From positions 31,434,001 to 31,498,000 of the forward strand of contig NC_091999.1 of the NCBI RefSeq assembly GCF_044704955.1: a DNA stretch of 64,000 bases, read 5' to 3'. The notes below the pieces were generated by a model that saw nothing but the letters and a program-made list of their open reading frames with translations, searched no databases and had not been told where the DNA came from. Made by a program: the position numbers and the translations under genes. Positions 1 to 12,049 of the stretch are shown one piece after another (positions within the stretch are counted from its first letter, which is position 1; each line of letters starts with the position of its first letter). This DNA is from Pristiophorus japonicus (lineage: Eukaryota).

Positions 1-4
1 AAGT

Positions 5-488
5 TGTTAGGGTTAACTTCAAACCACCACTCGGAGTCCGTTAGCCTTAAAGTAAATGCAGTTTTTATTAATAAAAGATACAAGCTGGCAGGGGAGCTAT
101 CCTTGAAGGAATGCTTAGAGAAACTGCCAGAGACATCTTATTTTATACAGTTTCAGATTATAGTCTTACTTAATTACGCAAGTTACAATTAATATGTGCT
201 GATTGATTATTACATGATTATCTGGTAGGTTGCTTCCTCCAATCTGGCCTCTATATGTTTAATTAGTAATTCAGGATACATGTTGTTATGATTCTTTTTA
301 TTTAACTTGTATCTTATTACAGAATTCAAATTCTATGTTAGCTGTGTCTGTGCCCAGCTCCCAAGGCCTTTGGTCTATGAATTGGAACATCTCACACTCT
401 GTGGAAGGCATCCCACACATGCTTCCCACAATCTGAAAAACAGGCTGTGGGATCCATTTTAAAAATCTGTTAACTCCATTTTAAAACA
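5..488 (-). mobile_element. Probable solo LTR or LTR fragment
   Basis: Starts TGTTAG and ends near TTAAAACA. The - strand has AATAAA (64-69) and TATAAAA (141-147) in the same order as the other LTRs here. No TSD identified and boundaries are approximate. Confidence 0.35.
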
Positions 489-504
489 TCCCAATTATTA
501 TTAT

Positions 505-1100
505 TAATTGGAATTACGATTTGTGATCTGCTCTTTCAGTCTATTATGGGGTATCTTATCGAAGGCCTTTGGAAATCTAGATAAATTACATCTACTACAT
601 TACATTAGTTTACGCTATCTGTTGCTTCTTCGAAAAATTCAAAGAATTTGGTCAATTCAAGACTTTCCCTTTTATAATCCATGCTGACTATTCATTTTTG
701 GTGTCTATTTGTTCTTCCACTTTCTCCTTCAGTAGGGAATCGAATATTTCTCCTCCCAACGACGTTAAGTTGACTGGCTTATAGTTCCTCAGACACGTTC
801 TACCTCACTTATTAATAATAGGTATTACATTAGGTATCTGCCAATCCTCTGGCACTGCACTTTATTCTAGTGAAATATTAAATATGTTTATTAATGCCTC
901 TGCTATCTCTTCCCTCGATGTAATTTGTCCGAAGCCGGCATTTTATCCATTTTCGGTTTGATTAGTTTATATTATATTTTCCTCATGTTATTTTAAATGC
1001 AGTTATTTTATTTCTAATATCATCCAATGCCATGTCCACCTGTGTTGACTCCCTGATAAATACTGATGCAAAGTAATTGTTTAATATTTCTTCCTATCTT
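505..1100 (-). mobile_element. CR1 LINE ORF2 (RT) fragment
   Basis: The - strand encodes VDVIYLDFQKAFD and other CR1 RT-like remnants; degenerate. Confidence 0.8.
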
Positions 1101-3214
1101 TGCCTGTGGACAACCTTGTGAGCCACGTACCTTGGTATATATTGTGGATGTCCTCCACGCAATCTTTATCCTTATCGTTGGGCAGGAGCAGTGTCTCATT
1201 CTCAGCCTCTCCTCAGTTCTCGCTACATGGCACCCAATCAGCCACGGACTTTCCTGAACCTGCGCCTTTCTGTGGGATGTGACTGTTTTCTGGATTAAAT
1301 CACTTCTCCTGTGTGTTTCAGAGTGTGTCGAACTCGCACTCCAGCCCAATTACCCTGAGCCAGAGAGAATAAAGCAGACATTTGCTGCAGATGTGGGAAT
1401 GTGGGACAGATTTGCTGTCCACAAACTCACACACATTACAGTCTCGACTCATTGCCTGCCCTGCCATCATTAGTTATTTTTTATAAATGTATTTGCTTAT
1501 TTACAAACTGAATTAATTTAATTACTTAGTTTTTATTCAAATGCTTATTTATAATTATTTTAATTAATTAGTAATTATAGTTAAATTATTAATTTAATAA
1601 AGTATTGTTATTGCTCCCAGGTCTTAGTGTGGACCAAGCTTCGAGAAAAAGGTAATACTCTCCAAACGTTCATCTACCTGCTGTATTTTGGAGGCCAAAG
1701 CAGCACCTCCTTCAACCACTGTTCCCATTCAAACTCTCACCAAATTCCGTTTAATATCACTGTGCAGGACACACTGTGAATCAGCAGTTAGTGTTTACTT
1801 TTATAACTTTGGAGCCACACACAAGTTACAAGTGCTGTCTCAGCTCCATGCACATTGCTCGCAGTAATTAGCACATATTTAAGACTAACACTTACAGCTG
1901 ACTGATAGTTAACTACCACTAACAGGCAGTTTCTGCTGACTTCTGTATTTGAAGTTCTACGTTCAATTCAAAACGTTAATCTAAATGTCCCTTTTTACAG
2001 CTAATACACAGCCAGACTCACCACGGACTTACCACTGAATCTCACTTTCTCTACGTTCCCGAGTTTACCACTTTCTTTGCGCACTCCGTTTAAGATCATG
2101 ATGTGGTGCTAGAGTAAGCTCTGACATGCTTTGCTGGGCCGAAAGGGTCGGGGTGGGGAAGGTCGCTCTGTAAATTTGCAGTCCACAGGCAGATGGGCTG
2201 CTAACTCCCAGGACCCCCAGGGAAACGTCAGGGGAACGGCCTCAGACCAGTTTGCAGCCGCGAGCACCGAATGGCCTATTTATGTGCTGCAGACATTAAG
2301 TAACTCTATGTAAAGTGATGTGTGAAGGAGAAGGGATGTCTGAAATGCAATTTTGGGTCAACCACAGACCAGGGCGTGGTCAGAAGGGCAAGTCTGTGAT
2401 GTCACAATACTCAGGCACAGTGTCATGCGAATTTCCCCGCTTTATTACATCACACATACTGCAATATCTAGTAACAAAGCTAGTTACCACCCTGCCTGAA
2501 CACTGCATATTATGGGCTATGTTTAACACGGAGATTTTACAGAGAGTGAGGAGGAGCTGAGTTTAATGTGTGTCGAGTGCGTGCGGGGAACACTTCATCC
2601 TGCAGGTCACCGCATTATTCAGCCAAACTTACAAAGGAACGTTACAGTGGTGGATGTCACTGGGACATACTCCGTCTGCAGGAGACCCTTTAATCCCAAG
2701 GTAGATTATCTGAAACAAGGATACGTCGCTATCACCAGGCGCTGGGGCTGCTCAGGTTAAACCCCACTGGGAGAAAAACACAAGGAGCCTTCAAAAGGAT
2801 GAAAGCACTGACCTTTGAGCCTTTGAAACCTTCCCTCCCTGGCTGTTGTTTGGTCCCAGGTCATTTCCCCCCAGCTTTCACTGGGAGTGCTGGGGACTGA
2901 GCGGCACTTCCGCCCGTGGACTGAAAAGTAACAGAGCCACCTTCCCCGTGCCGCTCCCTTTGGGGAAACACATCTGACACGAGCCTGGCAGTCGGGAGCT
3001 TTATAAACCCGTCCCAGACCGCAGCAGACGTCTTAGCGGGGATAAAACCTGCAGGAGTCCAGCGGGACTGATCTCCGTGGACTTCCCCACCTCTATCATT
3101 TTTGTTAGTCGCTGAATCCGCGCGGTGAAAGATGAAAACAGGCCTCACTGTGTGTGTATCACAGAGATGAGCGGATTGGGCAGAACACCCGCCCAACACA
3201 TTGTGTGATTCTTA

Positions 3215-4113
3215 TTATTTAATGCATTTAACAATTACAGTAAAGGGATATTTCACCACATTCTTCAACTCCTCTCTGAATTTCGTCTGGGTCACGGCAT
3301 AAATACATGTGTTGGTGCAGCAACTCAGGAGCTGAAGCATTAATCCCATTTCCTGTACATATGTAGGTAGAGATACAGGAATAACGTTTAACGAATACAA
3401 TCGTTCAACCACACAATACAACAGAAACACTGCCCATAATAGGATAAAATTGCCGGATATAACAAACAGTAAAATGATGGATTTCCTTCGCTTCTCCATC
3501 TCTGGGTCACTGGGACTCTCTCCACTGCTGTGGGCCCTGAGTCTCCTGCGGGCTCTGCTCGACACTAAAACGTGTCTGACAGTTAATGTATTGAGCAGAA
3601 GGATCAGAACAAATGGAATAAACGGTGTTATAATATAATTAAGGAATTCAATTACTGCCCATGATACTGACTCATAGACTTCCAATCGAACAAAACAAAA
3701 CCAGGGACTATTGGAAATCTGATACATACCTCCATACATAAAGTACCAGAAAGTGTTCTTTACACAGAACAGCGCACTCACTGTTCCTACAACCACAGTC
3801 GCCGTTTTCTCGTTGCAGTATTTGGTTTTGAGCTTCTGACAACAAATGGCTATACATCGATCAAAGGTAAAAGCAACTGTGAACCAGACGGAACAGTCCG
3901 TGACTGCGTAAAGCAGGATGGCATGGATATTACAAACATTAATCTTCCACATGAACTCAAACTCGGTTGAATAAAGAATATAAATTTGCCTGGATATCAG
4001 GTCGAGGATAACGACCAGTAAATCCGCCGCTGCCATTGCCACCAGGTAACGGCTGACACACTTGGAGAGACCGCACCATCCTCGAGACAGGATCATTATC
4101 GTCACTAAGTTCA
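3215..4113 (-). CDS. GPR139-like class A GPCR, exon 2 (TM1 end to stop)
   Basis: Open frame with NLVTIMILSRG, YLVAMAAADLL, FTVAFTFDRCIAICC, LLNTLTVRH and CTNTCIYA. Acceptor ttttctctttcttacag|TGAAC at 4114/4113. The ORF-track start at 4180 is intronic. Confidence 0.93.
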
Positions 4114-4216
4114 CTGTAAGAAAGAGAAAAACAGGGAATTTATATTTCAGATTGAGAGCAACAACAGCTGTCTCAAACAATTATGTGTGAAATGAGTCAG
4201 GATTAAATGAACCAGC

Positions 4217-4515
4217 CAATGGGACTTGTGGTGTTTGGGTCACGACTGATGAAATCATCGGATGGGATGTGTGCTGTTTGGGACAGGACTGATTACAACA
4301 GCGGATGGGACGTGTGGTGTTTGGCACAGGTATTGAAAAAACCACTATATGGGACGTGTGGGTGTCGGGACAAGGACTGAATGTACCAATGGATGGGACG
4401 TGTGAGTGTTGGCCCTGGACTGAATGTACCAGTGGATGGGATGTTTTGGTGTTGTGACAGGAAGTGAATGAAGCGGTGGATGTGATGTGTAGGTGCTGGG
4501 TCATGACTGAAATAA
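4217..4515. repeat. Minisatellite, about 43-44 bp unit, about 7 copies (GPCR intron)
   Basis: ggatggga...gtgt...ggactga recurs near 4260, 4303, 4346, 4391, 4434 and 4478. Confidence 0.8.
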
Positions 4516-4664
4516 TTAATGTATTGGACTTTTGCCAGGTGTGTAAAGCTCCGAATGATACTCTGAAATCACGCCATATCCAAGTCAGAGGAAGCAATAA
4601 TTCAGCACAAGAAGCCGCTAGTTTGTGAACAGCCTGCGTCCATTTAGGGGAATAGTCATTGTAC

Positions 4665-4940
4665 AAGGATGGGAATGTAGTATGGGGACAGCGAGGGGGA
4701 TGAAATCTTTATCCAGGGAAGAAAATGGAATTGGAGGCCAAAGGAGGGAATGGAGTCTGTGGCCGAGGAAAGGAATGGAGTCTGTGACTTGGAGGGGAAT
4801 GGAGTTTGTGGCCAAGGAGAGGAATCGATTCTTTGTCAAGGAAGGGGAATCGAATCTGTGTACAGGGAGGGGAATGGAGTATTTGGCCAAGGTGGGGAAT
4901 GAAATCTGTGGCCAGAGAGGGGAATGGAGTCTTGGCGAGG
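4665..4940. repeat. Minisatellite, about 24 bp unit
   Basis: Repeated ggggaatggagtctgtggccaagga-like unit. Confidence 0.8.
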
Positions 4941-5955
4941 TTACTGCGGTTGTGTCGTAAGCTGAAGAAGATGACTTGAATTGTATTATGTGTCGAAATC
5001 AGAACCTTTCCAACCATTGTTTTGAAAGTACACTTTGTAACTGGCTTAAGCTGACTTTCCAAGAATATTGCAAATAATCTTTAAAGAAGGGACTGTCGCT
5101 TTACAATTAGACTGATGATGACCCATGTTGTAAGATGTCACAGAAGATTTTCGAACGTGTCTGTTTACAGCTGGATCTGTGTCAACCAACTTCCTTTCAC
5201 CTGATGTGAGAAAGTTACAGACTTCCAGTTGACAGAGAGAGTTTGAGACTGGAAATATCAAAATATTTCACAATATAGTGCTCCATTTTGTATAGTTGCT
5301 ACCGTGCGGCCCACCCCGAGCTCTCCTGAACTGTGGCCGAACAAGGGAAATAAATCAATTCAAACACAACTGAATAAACATTTTACTGAAATCCGTATTG
5401 CAGTTTTAACCCTGTCCTGATCATCTGGAATTAGTGACTGTGAGGCAGAGTGGGAGGCTGTGGAAATTACGACAACTGTCTATAGCTGAATCATTAGTGA
5501 ATAATGTCTCATATCTCAGTGTATTTGTGAAGGATCTCTCAACGCTGATTTCCACTGGTCAGTGTCATTAACAATAACCAGTGGACCTTAAAACACTTGT
5601 TACCGCTGAACACATATTTATTATCCAACACTGGGCATCAGTGCAGAAAGCTGACTGCAAGCTGTTCAATAATATAATCGTTCACTAACATATCTGTGTC
5701 AATAAAATCAAATTTCTGTCAAATTCTGTAAACCACTATCACTGGAAGCAAGTTGTGGAAACAACATACTGTTCATTGTACTGGGAGCAGCGAATTAACA
5801 AATGATCAAACATTACATGACAGAAACTTATTTTCATTGCCAGACTCAGAACAAGAGGTTGAAATTGAATAGAATTATTAACTAGAACTAAAGGACAAGA
5901 ACAGCAAATACAGAGAAACATGGGTTACATAATTAATTGCAGATGAAGGACTCAC

Positions 5956-6052
5956 CAGGAACACCAACAGCAGTGAGGAGCGGGTAATAAATACGTTCCA
6001 CTTTGAAAAATGCCCACAGGATCCAAAGCTCAGTTGGAATCTCCCAGAACAT
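5956..6052 (-). CDS. GPR139-like GPCR, exon 1
   Basis: Encodes MFWEIPTELWILWAFFKVERIYYPLLTAVGVP then G|gtgag. The phase-1 join gives GTG (Val) in frame with exon 2: 97+899=996 nt, 331 aa. There is an in-frame TAA 4 codons upstream of the ATG. Confidence 0.88.
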
Positions 6053-6509
6053 GATTTGACTTTATGTGACCTCCAATGAGCGCTGTTCGTTTTAGACAAC
6101 AACTTCAGTCAATCATTGCTGTACAGACTGAAAAAATAATCCCTATTTATAGTCTGAGGGAACTCTCCAGTGAGACAATTAAACTGCATACTGAAGGATA
6201 TTAATCACAGTCACTGAATAAACAAGTTGTCCGAACCTTTTCTTTGCATCACTTTCAATTGCAAAATATCTTAAAAGCAACGTGGCTTTCAGATGAAATA
6301 ACTTTATCCAAAACCAAGCACTATTGGTAAAAGCAGAAATAGTTAATTCAACAGAATCACAGCATGCATGTGAAGGGAGCAACTTTCATTTAGGCAGTTT
6401 CTATTATTACTGAGATGTAAAATAACTCTGCAATTTCAGATTTTCAATTCACTTCTCGGGCTAACACAAGTGAAATAAAACAAATGGAAGAATAGAGGCA
6501 GGCTAAGTA

Positions 6510-6950
6510 AATGTCAGTAACATACACGGGGACTGACAGTACAGTTGAAATTAAGGATACATGGGCACTGATAATATATTGGTCAGTAAGGGTACATGGA
6601 GCAGATAATATATTGGTCAGTAAGTGTACATGAGGAATGATAATACAATTGCCAGTAAGGGTACATGGGGACTGATAATACAGTGGTCAGTAAGGGTACA
6701 TAAGAACTGATAATACAATCGTCAGTAAGGGTACATGGTGACTGTTAATATAATTGTGAGTAAGGATACATGGGTACAGATAATACAGTGGTCAGTAAGG
6801 GGACATGATGCAGATAATATATTGGTCAGTAACGGTTCATGGGAACAGATAATACAGTGGTCAGTCAGGGCACATAGGGACAGATAACATATTAGTCAGT
6901 AAGGATACGTGTGTGCTATTATTACAATGGTCAGTAAGGATTAATGGCGA
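6510..6950. repeat. Minisatellite, about 34-35 bp unit, about 12 copies
   Basis: Repeated ggtcagtaagggtacatggggactgataatacagt-like unit. Confidence 0.85.
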
Positions 6951-6997
6951 CCGATGTCATACCGACAGTCACACGCCATCAAATCGTTTATTTTCCT

Positions 6998-9172
6998 CAG
7001 AGCAGGGAATGTAGAGACTGGAGGTGAGGAATGGAGATAAAAGGAGCAGAGAGGTGAGGAGGGGAGAAGAGAGAGGACAGGAGGTGGGAGGGGAGTAGCC
7101 GAGAGGAGATGAGTGTGGAGGAGAGGAGAGGAGGGGAATAGGAGAGCAGAGGTGAGGAGAGGAGAAGCGTGGAGTGGAGTAAACAGCAGAGCAGAGTAGA
7201 GGATAGGAGGTGAGAGGAGAGGGTGGGAGAAGGAAAGAGTGAAGATGAGCAGGAAGGGGAGGAGAGGTTAGTGGAGGATAGGATAGATGAGAGGGGAAGT
7301 AGAGAGGAGAGCAGAGGAGAGCAGAGCAGAGATGAGTCGAGGAAAGCAGAGGAGAGTTGATAAGATGAAAGGAGAGGAGAAGAGAGGAGAAAAGAGGGGA
7401 GAAGAGAAGATAGGAGAGGGGAAGAGAGGAGAGTAGGGGAAAGGAGATGATAGTGTAGGGGAGATGGAAAGAGAGGAGAGTGGAATAGAGGTGAGGAGAA
7501 GGTAGGGGAGAGGAGAGGGATGAGTGGAGAGGAGAGGTGAGGGGAATGGAGATGAGAGTGTAGGGGAGAGGGGTGGAGAGGAGAGTGGAGTAGAAGTGGG
7601 GAGAAGGTAGGGGACAGAAGAGAGATGAGAGGAGCGGGGAGAGGAGGATAGGAGCATAGCAGAGAAGGGAGGAATGGAGAGAAGTGGAAAGGTGAGAGAG
7701 GATGAGAGAGAAGGAGAGTAGAGCAGAGGAGAGGGGAAGGGCAGTAGGAGAGCAGAGGAGAGACCGTCAGAGGAGAGGAGAGGAAGAGAGTGGGGAGAAC
7801 AGGGGCGAGAAGAGATGAGAAGGGAGGGGAGGAGAGGGGAGAAGAGAGGGGAAGTGGAGAGGAGAGTGCAGGAGAGAAGAGCTGTGGAGATTCGAGCAAT
7901 GGAGAGGAGAATAGAGGAGATGAGAGGATAGGAGAGAAAAGATGAAAGCAGAGTGGAGAGAGGAGGTTGTAGATTAGAGGAGAGGAGAGGACAAGAGAGG
8001 GGACAAGGGAGGAGATTAGAAGAGAGGGCAGGAGAGGGTAGAAGAGTGGGTAACAGAGAGGGGAGTAGAGGTGAATGGAGAAGAGGGGAGGAAGTTAGGA
8101 GAGAGAAGAGGAGAGAGAAGACAGTGCATGAGAGGAGGAGGTGAAAAGAGGGTAGAGGAAAGGAGAGCAGAGGGGATGAGAATGTAGGAGGGGGAGGAGA
8201 GAAGTGGAGAAGAGAGGACTGGAGAGGGTACAGGAGAGCAGAGGGAAGGAGAGGAGCGGGGAGGAGAGGAGAGGGGAGAACATCAGAGGACACAAGTGAG
8301 GAGAGGAGTTAAAATTAAAGGGGAGAAGAGGTGAGGAGGAGAGGAGAGGGGTGAGGAGAGGAGGGGAGAATTTAGGGGAGAGCAGTCTAGATGATTGGAA
8401 TGGAGACGAGTGGAGAGGAGAGAGGAGAGTGGAGAGAGAAGCGACCTGAAAACAGGAGAGAGGAGAGGATAGGTGAGGATAGGGGTGGATCGGGGAAGAC
8501 AGGAGATGGGAGAGCAGAGGAGATGAGACGAGAATGGAGGAGAGGGAAGGGGAGGAGAATAGTGTAGGGGAGAGGGGAGAATGGAGTAGAGGCGTGGAAA
8601 AGGTAGGAAAGATGGGAGAAAATAAGGCACAAGAGAGTTGAGGAGAACAGCTGAAAGGGGAGGAGAGTTGAGGGGAGAGGAGAGAGGAGAGGAGACAGGA
8701 GAGAACGGGAAGACAGGTGAGAAGAGAAGTGGAGAGGAGAGAATAGGAGATGGGAGAAGGGATGAGCCGAGTGGAGAGGATGGGGGAGGAGAGGGGAGAG
8801 AAGAGATGATGAAAGGATAAGGTGGTGAGCAGAGGGGAGAGGAGAGGATTGTGAAGGAGAGGAGAGGCGAGAGGAGGAGAGTAGTGGAGAGGGGAGGAAA
8901 AGAGAGACGAGGGGAGGAGAGGGGAGACGAAAGCAGAGCAGGGGAGAGTAGTGGAACGGAGAGTGGATGTGATGAGAGGAGAGGAGAGGAGAGGAAAGCG
9001 GAGTGAAGAGGGGAGGGAATTAGAGGAGAGGACTGGGGAGAGGAGAGGGTTGAGGCGAAGGTGGGAGAGGAGAATAGAGTAGAGGAGGGGAGAAGGTAGG
9101 GGAGAGGAGAGGAGATGAGCAGAGGAGAGACGTGAGGAGAGAGGAGAGGAGAGGGAGGGTGAGGAGGGGTGG
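6998..9172. repeat. 2.2-kb degenerate polypurine (GGAGA)n-like tract
   Basis: The + strand is overwhelmingly G/A. This explains the Ser/Pro/Leu pseudo-ORFs on the - strand. Confidence 0.95.
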
Positions 9173-9767
9173 TGTTGTGGTAAAAGGAGGCTTCTCTCCC
9201 TCGGGATGGACCAACTGATATAGTTAACCGACACCTCGCCCAGCTTCCCACTGTATGACGAACACGGAAGTAAACAAACGAAAGCTCAGGTTTACCGGTT
9301 TTATTACGAGCAATGCACGGGAAGGTTCAGTCTTGGAACCTCCGAAATAGAAGAGTTTTGAAGCATAATGTATACAGGGGTTGGAGAGGAGCTATCCTAC
9401 AAAATCATCGAAAGGTCTATTGCTATCAGCGAAGTTACAGTGATTTGTCGACTCTTATCAGACGGGCTCTGAGTGGTACATGAAACTGCCCATCTCTCAT
9501 CATTGTTTTATTGTATTTTGCCCTCTACCCCAGTCTATCCGACGCCTAGTGTGGTTGTTCTGGCTTCTTTATCTCTTCATCAGCGACTTTTAAACAAAAC
9601 TGCTGACTTTGCTTGTTTAAGTGTTACGAAGGTTAAGCTATAATATAATGCGCATAGGTGTGTCATACCTATATAGGCAAGTGTTACATACATCGACAAT
9701 TGATAAGTTCAGTACCTCCGGCATAGTTCTGACCCACTATCTCCAACCTTACTATTTATCCTTTACA
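9173..9767 (-). repeat. 3' LTR of the ERV
   Basis: TGTAAAG...CAACA on the - strand; aligns with 17570-18168; AATAAA at 9300-9305 (-). Confidence 0.9.
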
Positions 9768-9777
9768 ATTCCCCCCT
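9768..9777 (-). promoter_or_regulatory. Polypurine tract
   Basis: AGGGGGGAAT immediately 5' of the 3' LTR TG on the - strand. Confidence 0.85.
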
Positions 9778-10344
9778 AATGGCACTGGCTATATGCCCAA
9801 ATAGGCAATTTCGCAATTAATTCCACATGGGTGAGCTTCCAGGGGTGTCCTTTCACTTGGGTAGTGCTGCTTCCCGAGCTCCTGGATCTACCTGTTGGCT
9901 TTCCCATCAAGGTTATACTATGTAAGTCCTTTCTGACGGACTGTCTGATTTCCCTTTCTTCAATGTTTTAACTATAGTACGGGCTCGGGCCTACCTCTTA
10001 CGTCGGTTACAGCTTTTTAAAGGATAGCAAGGTGAGCCCCCTTGCTCGACAACCAATACATTGAGTCTAGCTTAGTTCGTGTGTAAGTCATTTGTAGCCA
10101 ACATTTTCTCGGTGTTCGAATTATGCCGCGCCTGGGGTATCTGCTGTTTCATCTATCTTCCCTCCACTTGGGGTCTTCACTGTTCTGCCGAATTTCTGCC
10201 CCGCCTGGAGTATCCTCTATGTTGTCGAATGGTGTCCAATTCAGTGGAGTTTGTTTCTCTTTCAATTCGAGTATCGGTTTTCCTTGTGGCCCGATGATCT
10301 TCGCATAACCTCCTCAGGCAATGTCCATCAATGTCCCATCGATC

Positions 10345-12017
10345 ATTCCTCCTTTAGCTCAGGGGTTATTGTAAACCCATTAATATCTGTCTCATCAAGT
10401 GGAGTAAAGCAGAAGTCAATATCCATAATGGTGCATGAGGTTTTCCTTTCTTCATTTCAGTTGCCGTGGTGCTCACACATCAATCTCCATATCCTCGTGA
10501 AACAGCGATAATTTATAATCCTGTGTTAGTGGGGGTGATACTCAAGGTGCACCCTTCCACTTGGTTATATCCACAGTCATCTTTGATCATTCGTAGTGGA
10601 TCTCGACATAAAGCAACTTGGTTATTTTTATAACAATCTACGTATGCTGAGATTCTTAGTACTGTTGTTCTCTTCAATTAAATTTCTGGTTTTTCATCGT
10701 ACCGCATGCGAGTTTGATTCCTTATATCTCCTACATTGTTTGGTATAGAGGATCTCCTGTTGTCACATCATACTGTCGTATAGATAATACAAAATCTATT
10801 TAAATGTCCGGTAACACAGCTGGCCTTTGAAACCCAAGCATGATTGGTTCTCTGCACCTCGCAGGCATGAGTCATGTTTTTGTCTAAGGTCCAGTTGGTA
10901 AATATATCGAATGTTATCCAATCCGGCACCTTTCTATTCTGAAGCTACTCTATGTTATGTTGTATTCCATTGAGCAACCATGCTCCATATCCTGCACGTA
11001 CGAGTTCTGTCTGTATGGTTTTACTTAAGTTGCGTTATGCTCTATTCATTTATAGTTCTGTGTGGTCTCGCAATGTGTGGACCACTGTAATAATTCGCTT
11101 TCTGCGCCATTACCCAGCTGTGCCTGTATTTGTCCTTATCCTTATCCCTTTCCAGCAATCCCTGTCAGGTTCATTTTAAGGCGTTAACTCAATCATCTAT
11201 CGTGTGTTGGTCTAGAGTGTCGCAACTCCCTCCACATACACGTATCCAGCCGTGTATTCTGCAGAGTATCCTGCCACGTATCCTGCCGTGTATCCTGCCT
11301 CGTACCATTTCTAGTATCCCTCGTTTTCCCCTGTCCCGTTTTTTTTTACCTGACCCTCTTTCCACATTAAACTTCCTGGTTTTGGATTCAGCGCCTTTAA
11401 GTGCTTGAAGAATCAGGTTTCTATACAGGCTTATACTGTTTAACCCGCAGATGTTGGGGTAGCTTTATTGTTTAAATTTAGGAATACAATAATTATTCGC
11501 TGACGTACCCTGAAGTGTATCTTATCCTTGGTCTGCCTTATCAATTTCTCTTTTGCCCAGTGTTCACAGTTGGACACGTTTGTGGCGCTGAGGGTGTGAT
11601 GGTCGAGGCCCTGGTCGTGCTCACTGTTGCTAATGTAGTGGATGGGGCCGTGTTGGTGGGGCTATCTCTGGAGATATTCCTCCAACACCATTCATAGATG
11701 TTCGTGAAATCTGCACCCCCTTCCCCTGTTGCAATATGTTTGTCCCTCCTGATTATAAAACACACCGCGGTCTTATTCCCACTAATTATGGTTCTATATT
11801 ATTGGCTCATCCCCAATGTTGTTTCGTTTCCTTGTAACGTTATTTTATGCCCGTTATTTAACTCTACTGTTGCTCCGTCCGACACCATCAGTGTTTTTGA
11901 TGTTTTATTAAACTAATGTCGCCCGAGTCCCTGTAATACAGGCCTTGCCATCCCTCAGTCTGTTGTCCCTGATATGAGGCTGCGTTACTCCACGTTATTT
12001 CCACGAGCTCTCGAGTC
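10345..12017 (-). pseudogene. env: env-like glycoprotein remnant; C-terminal TM appears deleted
   Basis: Acceptor ttgctttttgcag|G at 12018/12017. N-glycosylation sequons (NET, NKT, NIS), a Thr-rich stalk, furin-type RGKR/GILE (11332-11309), then YGAWLLNGIQHNIE*LQNRKVPDWI, DCGYNQVEGCTL, CVSTTATE and CTIMDIDFCFTP. Confidence 0.7.
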
Positions 12018-12049
12018 CTGCAAAAAGCAATATTTTCCGGTCGTCACTG

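Noticed and set aside
1125-1330. Exon-like stretch (ENETLLLPNDKDKDCVEDIHNIYQ|gtacgt on -)
   Set aside because: Short, contains a nearby stop and has no recognisable family.
2416-2422. CACAGTG heptamer (another at 60339-60345)
   Set aside because: No nonamer at 12 or 22/23 nt and no adjacent V, D or J coding sequence.
6380-6480. IRF/ISRE-like motifs upstream of the GPR139-like exon 1
   Set aside because: Short AT-rich matches are expected by chance, so this cannot be supported without data.
4217-6950. Regularly spaced repeats as a CRISPR-like array
   Set aside because: The units are contiguous, degenerate minisatellites without unique spacers, in a eukaryotic context.
6998-9172. GA tract as an Ig class-switch region
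   Set aside because: Not enriched in AGCT/WGCW motifs, not upstream of a C gene, and canonical switch regions are not known in sharks.
6997-9251. Four ORFs of 300-379 aa rich in Ser/Pro/Leu
   Set aside because: Artefacts of the stop-poor pyrimidine strand of the GA satellite.
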